DNA of 64,000 bases from Octopus vulgaris (taxonomy: Eukaryota): NCBI GenBank assembly GCA_951406725.2, contig OX597819.1, forward strand, positions 48,422,001 through 48,486,000, in the 5' to 3' direction. Under the pieces are notes generated by a model. That model was not told where the DNA came from. It saw only the letters and a list, made by a program, of their open reading frames with translations, and did not search any database. Shown here piece by piece: positions 40,544 through 53,908 of the stretch (position 1 is its first letter; each line of letters starts with the position of its first letter). The translations under genes were made by a program, and so were the position numbers.

Positions 40544-41021
40544 TTTTACTCATTATCTTTTATTAAACTTTTAATACTTTTGATAAATATTTAAAATAAT
40601 ATAAATTAATTAATTTTATGTATTGGCTTAAGTTTTTCATTGTTTGATTTGCCTAATAGTGGTTTTATCTCTAATTTAATATAATATATATATATAAATA
40701 ATGTACACACACACACACATATATATATTAACTCTTGTATTGGAATTAGGCACATGAGGACCTCGTCCAAAACTACTGAAAAAGACTGCTGTAATCCTAA
40801 GTACATATGGATATGAGTCTGCATGCATGTTTTAAGTTTTAGGTTACAGATTTGGACCTAGGTAGCTGAAATTTTGCAAAAACCAAACCGTTTTTCAAAG
40901 AAAGTCATACTCTATGTATCTTCAGAAATTTGTTGATTTTAGCTCCAGAGAGAAAAGTAATATTGGTTAACCACAAATGCTGCAATGAGACATTGGTAAA
41001 AGACAATCTTTTTTTTTTTTT

Positions 41022-41373
41022 TTAGTTGTTTCAGTTATTTAACTGTGGCCATGCTGGGGCACTGCCCTGGAGGGTTTAGTCAAACAAATTGACTCCAGTA
41101 CTTTTTTTTTTTTAAATCTGGTACTTATTCTATTGATCTCTTTTTGCTGAACTGTTAAGTTATGGGTGATGTAAGCAAACCAACACCAGTTTTCAAGTGG
41201 TAGTGGGGGACAAAGACAAACACACATACACACAATGGGCTTCTTCCAGTTTCTGTCAAATAAATCCACTCACAATGCTTTGGTTGGTCCAAGGTTATAG
41301 CAGAAGACACTCGTCCAAGGTGCCATGAAGTGGGACTGAACCCAGAACCATGTGGTTGGGAAAGCAAACTTCT
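41022..41373 (-). mobile_element. tRNA-derived SINE (family A)
   Basis: It is collinear with the 8853-9205 copy over most of its length. Confidence 0.85.
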
Positions 41374-42079
41374 TGTTATGACAAATAATTAATCTAAAAT
41401 TTTACTTTAGATTCTATATTTATTTATCCACTTTCATAAAGTTTAACCATAATCATCTTTTCTGAATTACGTGGATGCAAAAATTCTGAGCAAATCAACA
41501 TTCCCTAACCAATTGAAGATTGTCAGCATTGTTTTATTACAACTTATTCCAACAGAGAGTGGATCCAGATGATAATATTTTAGATATCAATAAACCTGGA
41601 GAGCTAGTACATACATATATATCACTTGTTATGTCCATATTTTCATGCTAGCATGGGTTAGATGTGAAAATGGAAATAAATGCACATATGAGCTTCCTTC
41701 AGTTTCCATCTACAAAATCCACTCACAAGGCTTTGGTCAACTTTGGGCTATAGCCATTCCTGTTAGAAACAAGAATTTCAAAGTAACAATTTGTGATGTT
41801 TTCAGCTTCTAATAAACACTATATTTTGTATTAAACACTCTTTCCTTGTTTTTATGCTAAAACATTCAAACATACCACAAAATACATAAGTCTATCAACA
41901 CACAAATGTGTGTGTGTGTATACAGTTAATGAACCTAATAGATTCATTAGCTGTACAAGGAAAGTGAGCAATAGTGGTGACTTAATATGAGCCATTAAGC
42001 AGTAAAGTCCAAGATTATTCACTACTACCAGTTGCAGTTCTAACCTGAAGGAAAGTTTGAGACTATAGCCTTATATAGG

Positions 42080-42167
42080 CAGCAACATGGTTCCTTAAGA
42101 CAAATACTTTCACAGAAATATAACAGCAACATGGTTCCTTAAGACAAATACTTTCACAGAAATATAA
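42080..42167. repeat. Perfect 44-bp tandem duplication
   Basis: CAGCAACATGGTTCCTTAAGACAAATACTTTCACAGAAATATAA occurs at 42080-42123 and 42124-42167. Confidence 0.95.
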
Positions 42168-42954
42168 TTGTAGAGTAGTTAAGGTAGTAGGTGATATGAT
42201 AAAACCTAGGCTCTGGAAAACCTGAATGAAAACAGGTGCTGACTCCCACCTCTTAGCCAAGTAATTAACATTCGGAAGGGGCATTCAACAGTAAAATAAT
42301 TAATATGAATGAATAATTCTCCAACCAAAGCAAACAAAGAAATGCATATAAACAGTTTTTTTTTTCTATATAAATTGATTCTGATATCTCTTTAGTGGTA
42401 TGTGTATGTGTGCGCACACCACAAATATATGTGTGTTGGTGCATGGGGAGAAAAAAGAAAATGAAAACAAGGGGAAGAAGGTTTTTAGTAATTTGTATAG
42501 CAGTTATGAGTCAGTTACATGCTGGAGCAGTTTCTAGACAACAGTTGTTTGGAGATTGCTCCAGCGTAAAACTGAGTCACAATTGCTATATTTCAATTTA
42601 TGAATATTCTGAAGGAAATATATGTTGAATCCACACATATTCTGCATATTCTAGAATTGTCTACATGAATACACACCCACACTGGGCTATTGTAAACAAA
42701 TGAAACCTTTTAAATCTGTATGAGTGTATGGATAGACAGACAGAAACAGGGTAGACAGGTAAACAGATGAATATGAAGACAGACATACAAATAAGTAGAC
42801 AAACAGATAACATTATGACATGGAAATCAACTCTCTGAACAAGCCAACTTATGTACATTATTGTACATTAATACAGCAAGTTCCAAAATGGCTATGTTTT
42901 GCTATAGCTGTCTAACTAAATTGAAGCATCTCTGGAGTTATTTATCACTGTCCT

Positions 42955-43300
42955 TGATGATCATCATCGTTTAACGTCCGTTCTCCATGCTAGCATGGGT
43001 TGGACGGTTCGACCAGGGATCTGGGAAGCCAGAAGGCTGCACCAGGCTCCAGTCTTATCTGGCAATGTTTCTACAGCTGGATGCCCTTCCTAACGCCAAC
43101 CACTCCGTGAGTGTAGCGGGTGCTTTTTACGTGTCACCTGCACAGCTGCCAGGCGAGGCTGGCAACGGCCACGGTCAGATTGGTGTATTTTATGTGCCAC
43201 CGGCACGGAAGCCAGTCGAGGCGGTGCTGGCATCGGCCGCGAGTCGGATAGTGCTTTTTACGTACCACCAGACCAGGGATCCTGGCTGGTTCAATTCGAT
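42955..43300 (-). mobile_element. Young GC-rich retroposon with (GAT)n tail (family C)
   Basis: It is an inverted match to 7795-8067, retains many CpGs and has internal repeats of GTGCTTTTTACGTG. It accounts for ORFs 42987-43352 and 43134-43328. Confidence 0.85.
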
Positions 43301-44637
43301 TGAAGCAAATGTTTTCTTCTATCATCACATACCTTATTCTGGTTTTAATTAGGATTTTCGGAGTTGTCTTTTTTATTAGAGTTTAGCATTCAGCTAATGT
43401 TTCCCATCCTAACAGCAGTGAGGAGGGGTGGCCATAAAAATTAAAAAAAAACACACACACACAGCTCAGTACATTAAGTATGACTGCACTGGTTTAACCA
43501 GATATGGATAAGAGCAAAAATGGTTGCTCTCCAATTTTTGTCTCTTTAATGTTTAATATGGCGAAGCTGAATGTGAATAGATTTGTCCATAAATTGGTGA
43601 TAATAGAAAACTCAGACACACACACAAATATATATAAATGTACACACACACGCATACATACACAGAGACACCTGGCAATTAACTACTTTATTTAATGTAT
43701 TATGAAACTACTTTTCTTTTGCTTAAGCATTTATTTCTAAGCCATTGCAGATTATTTGGATAAAATGATCAAATGTGTATACTAAATTACTTTATTAGAC
43801 ACTATTATACACTGTTTGTGAATGAATAAAACAAAAATAAAGAGAGAGGAGAGAGAGAATTTCATATTAATTGTTGAGAAATGAGTTCAATTTATAAGTT
43901 TCAATGAGCAATAACCACTCCTAAAATGGCATAGTTGAATGTCTGGCAGAGAAAATACATAATAAAAACCTATTTATTTATTTGCTTGCTTAAATGAGGG
44001 GGTGGTGAAAGTTTCTATAGAACTTATGATCCACATAAAGAGTATGGCACACACCTCTGACATGTTTGGTAGCAATGAAAATAGTTAAAAGTAAATAATG
44101 CCATACTTTATTAGAACTGGCTTTTTGGAAATTAGAAATCAAAGAAAGAAAAACAGTAAAATACTATTTCAACTATCATCAATGGATTTCTGTTGTTCTT
44201 TCACATACGAAAAAGCTAGAAGTTTAGATAACATACGTATGCACATCCACAGGGGAAAAAAAAATCATAACTTAAAATAAAAAACAGTGATGGCTTGTGC
44301 CTTCAACTTCTGATGGAATTGAGGCAGCACTGCCAAGACACATGGCATGTTTGGGCATATAAACTTGGTGAAGCTCATCCTTCTTCATATCTGACTATTT
44401 GATTTGTGTGTGGGTGTGAGAGAGAAAGATCAACCTAAATACTAGACCGGTACAATTTTTTTTTAGTAACTGCCAAAAGATGGAAGCAATGATGAATGAC
44501 CTCAGCAGTATTTGAATGCAGAGAGAGAGAGAGAGAGAGTAAAAACGGCAAAGCATTTTATCCATTTCTAATTCATTACAAGAGATAAGCACCACTAATT
44601 GTGGTGTTGAAGTATGGCCATAGCTGTGTGGACTTAA

Positions 44638-45078
44638 CTCTTTTCTTACTATATTTTTGTTAAAATACACATTGCAATTGTTTCAATTAATTTCAAAATT
44701 ATCGAAAAATTTTGAAAAAATAACTTGTTATTAAGCTGGTGTTTGGAACATAAATTAACTTGGAATTTTGATGGAAGGTTTTAATTTAGACTACTTTAAC
44801 CCTTTCGTTACCAGCCTGGCTGAAACCGGCTCTGGCTCTGTAGTAGAAATGCCTTGTTTGTATAAGTTTTGAATTAAAATCTTTCATCAAACCTTAGTCA
44901 CAATTAATGTTCCTAACATTAGCTTAATGCTAAGTTATTTTACTAAATTCTTTGTTATATTTAAAATAATTGAGAGAAACACAGAGCATCTCAAAATAAA
45001 TACAGTAATGAAAGGGTTAAAACATGAAGGTGTATCATAACACCAGGGATAGTCTCAGATGGGTTGACATCAAAAGGG
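44638..45078. mobile_element. Older piggyBac-type MITE hosting a nested MITE
   Basis: The ends are TTAA+CTCTTTTCTTACTATATTT and CAAAAGGG+CTAA. The left end resembles the 31354 end of the piggyBac element. Confidence 0.65.
44800..45016. mobile_element. piggyBac-type MITE (217 bp)
   Basis: TTAA at 44796-44799 and 45017-45020 flanks TIRs CCCTTTCGTTAC / GTAATGAAAGGG. A close copy lies at 46984-47204. Confidence 0.9.
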
Positions 45079-45158
45079 CTAAATAATCTAAAGGATTAAA
45101 ACAACTAATAGTAACATATAGAGAAACACTTCTTCACAAACAAAATGAAATCAGAAAG

Positions 45159-46163
45159 AACAAGAGCACTCATAGAGTGCAAACTTCCATCAAGACAATA
45201 CCAACATCCTCTAAACGATTAGCTGGAGATGATTTTTAAAATGAGAATATCTGAAATAAACTTGATTGCTCTCACAAACGGATATACTAAAAATGAACCC
45301 AACCACTCTCAAAAGTTAAGTAAAAAACTGGAAAAATAACCCAGAACTCTTGTTTGGTACCCGATCGATTCCATTGGTAGTCATGGATTGTGAAGGTGGG
45401 TGTGTGGGCCGTGTTTGTAATGCTGTGTGTGCGTTGTCTGTAGTGAGAACATTGGCAAGATTTCTCTATGAAGGCTTTTTTTTAGTCTATCCACTGATAT
45501 AGTGCCTTTACGACCATTAAGGTCTACAGGGAAAAAATTTATCTGTGCGTGAAAGAAAACAGAAAGGACCTGCATACAGTGCTGTTAACGGAAGTTTGGC
45601 AACATCGTTGCGCACAAAAACGTGAGTCCAAGAAGTAAAGCTTCCTTCAAGGCAGAGTTAGAAATGCAATTGTCAATTAGGTAAGAGATTTTAAACAGAA
45701 ACGATATATTCAAAATTGGTAAAACTAAAAATTGTCAAAGATAAATTAAATTTATTATTGCTACTGAATATGTTAGTGTTATTTAATTTCTGAATAGTTT
45801 TGCTGCCATTTGTTTATGGAGTTTCATTTCTTTATCCACCAGTTTCTACTAAGAGATGTGAGTAAAATTAATAGAGAAACGAAAAGAAAACTTTGGCAAC
45901 AGCAACACCGCCATAAATTATGTGGAAGCCATGATTGTGCTTTCAAGAAGATAATCAGAGAAAGACTTGCAATACTTCAACTTCATGTAAAGTAAATATA
46001 ACAAATAATCCCAAATCCCTGTCTGGTACAGGATCGATTCTAAAATCTAAACATTCCTGAAAGTTTCATCTGAATCCATCTAGTGGTTCTTGAGATATCT
46101 TGTCCACAGACAAACAAACATGACTGAAAACAATACCTCTGCCTTTGCTAAGGCAGAAGTAAT
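45159..46163 (+). mobile_element. Helentron/DINE-like non-autonomous element, interrupted by about 630 bp of other DNA
   Basis: It starts AACAAGAG. The 3' end has ACAGACAAACAAAC followed by a stem-loop TACCTCTGCCTT-TGCT-AAGGCAGAAGTA (46134-46161). A ~38-bp unit recurs at 45334-45372 and 46003-46040. The family call is inferred from architecture. Confidence 0.55.
45464..45639 (-). pseudogene. Ty3/Gypsy pol fragment (integrase C-terminal GPY/F region)
   Basis: The minus strand gives FTSWTHVFVRNDVAKLPLTALYAGPFCFLSRTDKFF, then after a frameshift PVDLNGRKGTISVDRLKK. This matches the Gypsy pattern THVFVR.D....PL...Y.GP[YF].V......F.....G....VSIDRLK. Confidence 0.85.
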
Positions 46164-46983
46164 TATAATTTTTTTTAAAAAAGAAATACTAACATGTAAT
46201 TTGTACCCCCCCCCCCACCACAAAGCTTACTCTGCGAGGTGACATCATAAAAGATATAAAAGTACACATTAAGGTTGCTTAGAAGAAACGAGACAATAAG
46301 ATAACGTTTAGGGATCTAAAGATGATAAATAACCCAAATTAAGGTTAGATATAAGTGATTAAATTCAGTTTTTTATACGATGCTCCAGAAACAAAGATAA
46401 AAATTTTTTGATGATAAAGTATTAGATATTTTAACAAACTTTCAAGGAGGTGAGTAGTACCTTAATCTTAACTTAGAAACCAATTTCAAGTAGAAAATTG
46501 TGGTAAATTTTTTTCTCCTCATATGTGTAAAGCAAGCACTACACATGCATACACACACACAGATATGCTGTTATACTATTTGTTTTTCCTTTTATCATCT
46601 AAACTAAGCTAATTAAGCATGGAGCCTATTTATCAGACTCGTCAAATTGAGAAGTTTCTTCCAATAGTTGAAATGTAATGACTGAAACAAAGATATGATC
46701 TTGTAATCTATAACCCAGTAAACCTGTACCTGAACATACCAGCCATTGTGTCTCTCAGTTATAATTACAAACTCGACTCACTGGAATTCCATGCTTTGTA
46801 AATCATATCTTCATCTTGAAAAATAAATTTCTAGGTTTTTATAATACTTCTCCATTATGTTAAGCATTTTAATTATGTCTTCAATTTTATCCTGTAGTTA
46901 AGGTTGTTTACAGTGTTAATAAACACATGAATTTCACAGCAAGCAGAATAATAATATAGATTACTTTAATCATTCTTGCTTAA

Positions 46984-47204
46984 CCCTTTTGTTACCAACC
47001 CGGCCAAAACCAGCTCTGGCTCTGTAGTACAAATGTCTTGTTTACATAAGTTTTTCATTAAAATCTTCCACCAAACCTTAGTCGCAATTTATGTTCCTAA
47101 TGCTAGCTTAATAATAATTAAATTATTTTACTAAATTCTTTGTTATATTTAAAATAATTGAAAGAAACACAGAGCATTTCAAAATAAATACAGTAATGAA
47201 AGGG
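46984..47204. mobile_element. piggyBac-type MITE (221 bp)
   Basis: TTAA at 46980-46983 and 47205-47208 flanks TIRs CCCTTTTGTTAC / GTAATGAAAGGG. It is the same family as 44800-45016; an older relative ends at 55669. Confidence 0.9.
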
Positions 47205-49816
47205 TTAAAGTAGCCTTCATATTTCAGTTGTCTCAGAAAAGAAAAAGAAAAAAGTATTTAATATTTTTCAACTCATTCATTTATCATTAACATTTTATAT
47301 TTGATTTTTCAAGTGGGGATTATGACAATTGGATCCCCTTCCCTACCTTTTTATAATTTGGACTATGTGTATTTTATTACTATTTCATAATCAACCCACT
47401 GATACATAAGACAAATTAAGTTGGTATGTACACAAAATATTTTCAAGTAACTGAAATTTGTTTTTTTTTTTAAATGTGGGAAAAAAAAAGACTTAGCACT
47501 AAGTGCTAGTGACTCTCAAAGAAAATGTGACACCACTTCAAGAAGTCAACAATTAAATTCACAAAAATAATCAATATACTTAGAGGTAAATCTGAATTTT
47601 TTTTTTTTTTGCAAGAAAAGGAAACACGACAGATTTTTCAATTTTAATGGACTGCATCAGCATTGCATTGCATTGCCTTGTTATCTCCTTTTTATTTGAG
47701 AGTTTCCTTCTCCAACTAAGTAAACTTCAATTCATTAAAATTTTTTGCTTAAGTCAATCCTTGTTATTTGATGAGGAGGACTGGCTTGTTCAACCAGCTG
47801 AATTATCTGTTCCTGAATTAACATGTAAGTGGCTGACCATTCTACAGACATATGTGCTCTTAACATAATTCCCAGGCAGAATCAGTGTAACACAGTGTAT
47901 GACAAGGTTGCACTTTTCTGAATTAGTTACCCAACAGGTTTCAATACAGTTTCTATCTACCCAATTTTACCCACAAGGTAAAGATCAACATAATGCTTAT
48001 AGAAAATGACATTTATCCAAGATGCCATACAAAGAGATCAAACCCGAGATCTTGTGGCTGTGATGCAAACTTCTTAACCATTTGGCAATACTACACCTAC
48101 AAGCCATTCATTGCATCACCCCTTATACCATAGGCTCACCTGAGTCAACTGGTTAAAGCAAAATCAAGTAGAATGTTTAGATGATGAGGGCCAATAAAAC
48201 TGAAACCTACCAGTAACTTAGTCAGCAAAGACCAGAAATTTTCCCTAAGCATCTATGTTACTTTTATGAATTCTTTATTATTTCATCACTAAGATTTTGT
48301 TTTCTTTCTCTGAACCAAGAGGCTAATTTCAGTTATAATTGAAAATTATTTTCTCTGCATCACACCATATTTTATTATTCTGTCTATATCACCCCTTTTC
48401 TAAATTCATACCATTAGTTCACTTAAGCTATTTTCCTTTAGCTCAGTTTAACTTTTAACAGCTTAAAAGACAAAAAGACAACAGTTGTAGATTTTGAATT
48501 CAGAATGTGGTCTGGCTATTTAATTCATCTGATATCTTCATTAACCACTTAATAACGAGGAGTTTATCATTTTGAAATAGCCCACTTCTGAGACGAACCA
48601 ATCTGCTAGGAATAGCAGCCAAATTTTCCTCAAATCACATGCCCAACATTTTAAAAGACATGGTTAAATTTGGTCCTAGATTCACTCCTTTGCAAAAAAT
48701 GAGATGGGCATGATAGGAAGGACATAGGTTTGTCCAATCAGAATTGATCTATTGCTAAGCAACATCAACAATCCAATTTTGAAAAAAGAGAATATGAACT
48801 AAGAGGATAAAGAGAGTCAACGGATAGTAAAAGAAAAAAAGGAATACTGTGGTGATGGTTGTTTAGTCCTAGGTGAGCCTGATTGTGCAGATCTATGATG
48901 AACTTGTCTTTTTAGGGGTTTGTACAATCACATTATTCAATGCATCCTTTCCTTTCTCAGGATAGTTCAGTATGATTTGAGAGAAATTTGGCAGCTAATT
49001 CTACATAGTGGCTCCTGCATTGGCTCATCTAAATTAGTTTTAGTAGTAGTAAGTCAGCCCTTATCAAACAGACTTATGATCACATATTCCAGTGGTGACC
49101 TTTCCACTTTTTATAAAATATTAAGTGTACCCTAGCCTATATTATTCTATGTGTCCTGTAAGAGAGATTTGACTTATTTCTAGTATGTCTAGTGACCACA
49201 CAGTGGCACTGTTGTTGGTTTGTCTAAATATTGTGAGATCTAATGGTATATTGTCTGCAACACATCTATTGATCTTGCCATTATAAATAATATTTAAAAA
49301 AAGAAAGAAAGAAAAGAAAAACAATAATTCCCAATTAGGTGTGAAACTTTAGGCAAGCAAATTGTTATGTCCAAAGATTTCATATAATTCATGAACACAT
49401 CTGTAGGCAATAATTTAGAATATAATAGTTGATCAGAAATGAAATGAGATGTTTGTGATAAAACGTAACAAAAATATGTTAAGACTATTTAATGTCACTT
49501 CGTATTGGCATTCAACTTCCATTAATCTTTTATATCTGGTAGAAGCCCCAGTCTTGTAAAGTTCAATAGTACATTATTGATCTTTAAAGCATCTACCAGA
49601 AATCAAAGGTTAATTAGAGTGACAAAATTTTATCTTTAATAATTCATTCAACTATTATTAAACATCTAAAGCAATTGCACATCTTTATATTTGTTTGAAA
49701 CTAGATTCTGCTGCTTTTAGATAAAGGTTCGAAGGATGTTAAAGAGCCAATAACAAATTACTGTCTTTTAAATGAAATTAAAATTGAGCAACAAGATGTT
49801 TCTGGTACACGCACAC

Positions 49817-49856
<40 letters not shown>

Positions 49857-50244
49857 CCTGCTCGCTTAGGCAGAATTTGAAATAACAACAACAATGGTGT
49901 CTGATTGAGGAACAAAGCAAGTTGTTTTTAGGGAAAGGTAGTTAATTGACCTCATCAAGACTGGAGAGATGAAAAGTAAAGGAATGAATGTCACAATCAA
50001 CAATAACCATAATTTATTATCCAGTTTAACATCACTACTTGGCCTTTGGGTACATTCAAGTCACTTTGTTGCAAGCATTTGGGCCAGGTTTCCAGTTTGA
50101 GCATAACTTTATTCCATTAGTCTCAGAGGCCCTGAAAAGGACCATGGATGGTGCTCTTTCTTCACTGAGAGGAGTCGTAAAAAAAAAAAAGCTTTAAGTT
50201 TTTGTTCTGTTTGTCCAGAATCTGATTTCACAAGATGCAACAAT

Positions 50245-50584
50245 TGCTGAGACCCCCTTTGGTCATGACTGACCGTAGGATTGTACCTAGAAAGTTAGGC
50301 TCCCAGGTACAAGTCTGGGAAAGGTTGTTTTTATGGAAGACCAGCAGTCGCCCATGCATACCGGCTTTCCCTCTCCACGCTACCAGTGTTATCCAAGGGA
50401 AAGGCAACAGCCGATACAGCTTCACACCTGTGACATTGCAACTCATTTCTACAGCTGAGTGAACTGGAGCAATGAGAAATAAAGTGTCTTGCTCAAGAAC
50501 ACAACACAGCCCAGTCCGGGATTCGAACTAACAACCTCACGATTGTAAGCTCGATGCTCTAACCCCTGAGCCATGTGTCTTCAC
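50245..50584 (-). mobile_element. tRNA-derived CORE-like SINE with a distinct 3' tail
   Basis: The minus strand has an A-box TGGCTCAGGGGTTAGAGC, a B-box GTTCGAATCC, then GTGTTCTTGAGCAAGACACTTTATTTC...CACTCAGCTGTAGAAATGAG. Confidence 0.85.
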
Positions 50585-53500
50585 TATATGCAACAATTAC
50601 AGATGAGAAATTATGACATACCAATGCATTCAGTAGCAAGAAGCAAATGATAGGCATAACAAGAGAAATTGATAGTGATAGTGACGGATGCGAAGAGGAA
50701 ACTTAAAATGCTGTTCAGTCCAAGGTCAGCTCTGATTTAAGAGACCAGTGATCAAAAAGTATTTAAGCTGTGATCATCCTATTTTTTTTGTTTTGATTTT
50801 TAACTGATTCAGTATAATGTGAGAAGTTTTAGCTGCTATATTTAGCAAATTGAAAATTGGCTCATCTGTAATCTGTTTAAACACAATAGTATTTGATGGC
50901 ATATAAGACAGAAAAATTAGTGTTTCAAAAAACCCATCCTGGACCGTATATTCAAAGTTGGTCCTATATTACATGCTTTAATGCACTAAAACTTTTTTCC
51001 TCCTGAATATGCACTACTGAAATTGGGGTACATCTAATATGCTTGTGCATCTTTTATGCAATCTAACTCTGCTATGAAATATTGAAGGTTGTTGAAACCT
51101 ATTAAATACCAACAAGTTTAGTCAAGACTTAAAAATTTACTCCTATCTATTACAATTTATTTTGAAAATAATCAAGAATTTCTAAATATGTTGTAAAATA
51201 ATGTACATTTGATGTTTTGAAAAAAACTGAACATTTTTACATAAAAACTTAAAAGACTTACTACAAAAATACTTCAAAATGGATAGTTTTGTATCAGAGA
51301 CAGAAGCAGACTTGGGTGGGTTGGTGTCAGAAAGGTTAAGTGATTGTAAGTTAATGCAAATTAAATGCAACGTCTGGACATTGAAAATGTAAATCACCAT
51401 TCTCAAAAACACATTAGACAGATATTTTCAATCTAAGACTGCCATAGTCAGATATGAAGAAAGTGATGCTGGTTTGATCAACTGTACTACATGAGCAAAG
51501 GTAGCTGACAAAATGTAGCACTCACATGGATAGTATTTTGCACTTTTGAAGACGCTTGTTCGACAGAGATCAGGCATGCATGCATACATACACACACACA
51601 CACATTAAAAATAAAATATTTGCTAGGCATCTCTTTAACATCAATGAAGGATTGGCATAAAACCAATAGGAATAGATAGACACAATATTCACAAGTTTCA
51701 CTGGAATAAGACCATACTGGGGCATCACCTTTAAGAATAGGTTAGATTTAATCAACCCAAATCCCAACACTTATAGACTGGTACTTGTACTGACACTGGA
51801 AGGGTGAAAAATAGGTGACCTCAGGATGTACAGAGATGTAACTAAATACTGCCAGTTCGTAGGTTGTTTAACTGCTTAGGACTGGTTCTTTAATGAGCTG
51901 ATGGGACCTAATTTTTGTTCATAGAGAAAGATACAGGCAGAGAACTGTATCAACAATAGAAACAATGTAGGAAACATTGAACTGTGTCTCAATTTGATTC
52001 CTGAAAAATTTCAAGAGCAAATTAGTCAAAGGAAGGAAATGTTGTCAAGTGTTCAAGATCATTTCAGATCAAAGACAATGAATGCAATAGAAAATTAAAG
52101 GAGGAGGTACTAAAAATTCTTGAATTGATAAGGAACTGATTCTTTAAGCATAGTAGGTAGGACAGGAAGAGGTTTGTTAATATATAAAAAGACAAAAACT
52201 TTGGTTAAAAGAAAGCAATTGTAACTTTTTCAAAATACTTGAAAAGATGAATAGTGGGGTCAAATTGTGTTATAAGATTTCAACTTCTGACTCACTGTTT
52301 TCACTTCCTAAAGAAATACCATTAACCAAATGACCAAAGTTTACCAACAAACATCTGGATGGACTACAAGCTAATGAGCAAGCCTCTACATGATTGTTCA
52401 ACTGGCTAGAAATAGCAACAAGACCTCCCTCAATGAATACATTGATCTGCTTGACTAGAGCTGACTTGGGTCTAAACAACATCTAAGCTACTTTGTACTT
52501 CTACCATTCTTGCAAATTCTCAGATTGCATTTAAGCCCATTACTGCTGTTTGGACTCACTATATGCATCCTCTTTTTTGAACCACACTACCCTGGAATTT
52601 TCATTTTCACCATTTCTCACAGCCCTTTATGAATGTGAAACTATAAACAATTTCAAATGGTTACGAACCTTCTTTGTAGCCATAAACAAGATTTCCAATA
52701 TGTTTCTAATTAATTTTGAAAATAATCAAGGATTTGGAAGGATTTAGGAAAATAACTTTTCATTACTAAGCTGATTTTTAGATCATAAAGTTAAGAAAGA
52801 TTTTAATTAATATGGAAATTTTAGAGTGAGTAGTTTTGTAATATAGCAGCCTTAGTTATGTTTCTCTAATAGTAAATCTTTTGATACCAACCTGCATGTG
52901 TTATGGATCAGTTCCTTCCTCTCTGAAACACACACAAGATTAGTACCAGAAACAAGGCTCCAGAAAACCAAATGAAAATATTACAATGGAGGTGCAGTTC
53001 AGATAAATATGTGTATGTAAAACCTTAAGCCATGACTTGGGAGTTGGTCTCACACTTTCACAAATTCTTTTAGATGCCTATGCGAGTGGATCGAGACAGC
53101 ATCTTGGTTTTTTTTTACACCCTTGACCCAGTGGAACACATTAGATGTAACAGCTGGATAGAGAAAGGGCTACACCAGCAGTTAGCTGGTACTCATTTTC
53201 AGTTGAATAGATAAGTGCTACATGAAGTCACATATCTTGCTCAAGGACACAATGCCCCATCCAGTCCACTATTTGAACCTACTACCTTTTGATTAGAAGT
53301 CTAACATCCTAACCATTAGGTCACATGTCTTCACATATCTGTGTGTGTATTTTGGTTTTCACAGCAGTGTGGCATGCAAAGGCATAGAATAAAGTACCTA
53401 ACTGAAGAATATATAAGGGTTATGAAATAAGGAAGGGCATCTACCAGTAGAATACTGCCCCAAGAAGTCTTGTCTAACCTACGCTAGCATAGAAAAGGTA

Positions 53501-53908
53501 GATAATATATCAGTTAATATGTATTATCATTTTAATGACACTTTTCCATGATTGTATAGATCAGCTAGGATTCACTGAGGCAGATTTTCAAAGGTTGGAT
53601 GCTCTTCATTTCCAAGCAAGGTATATTTTCTTTGAGTTTGGACAAGTTTCATGGAAGATTGCAAACAAATTACATAGCCTGCTTAAATGATATTGATTAC
53701 TGATAGCATGTGGGGTCAAGACAAGGAGGTCAAACACACTCACTCCCTATATAGCTATAGACACATACGACAGGCTTCTTTTCAGTTTCTACCAACCAAA
53801 TTCTCTCGCAAGGCTTTTGTCGGCCTGGGATTATAACAGAAGCCACTCAGCCAAAGAAATCATGTGGTTGCAAAGCAAACTTCTCAAAACTGTCATATAT
53901 ATATGAAG

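Noticed and set aside
40478-40553. Candidate alternative first Smurf exon: minus-strand ATG ORF MSKTLRLFDGCPIRNNSSYGYSQSS ending CAG|GTAATT in the phase needed to join the 39-nt exon
   Set aside because: It has no similarity to the SMURF N-terminus (which supplies the first C2 strand) and is the antisense of the hammerhead/Penelope-like fragment. It is probably chance; only an RNA-seq junction from 40478 to 23351 would rescue it.
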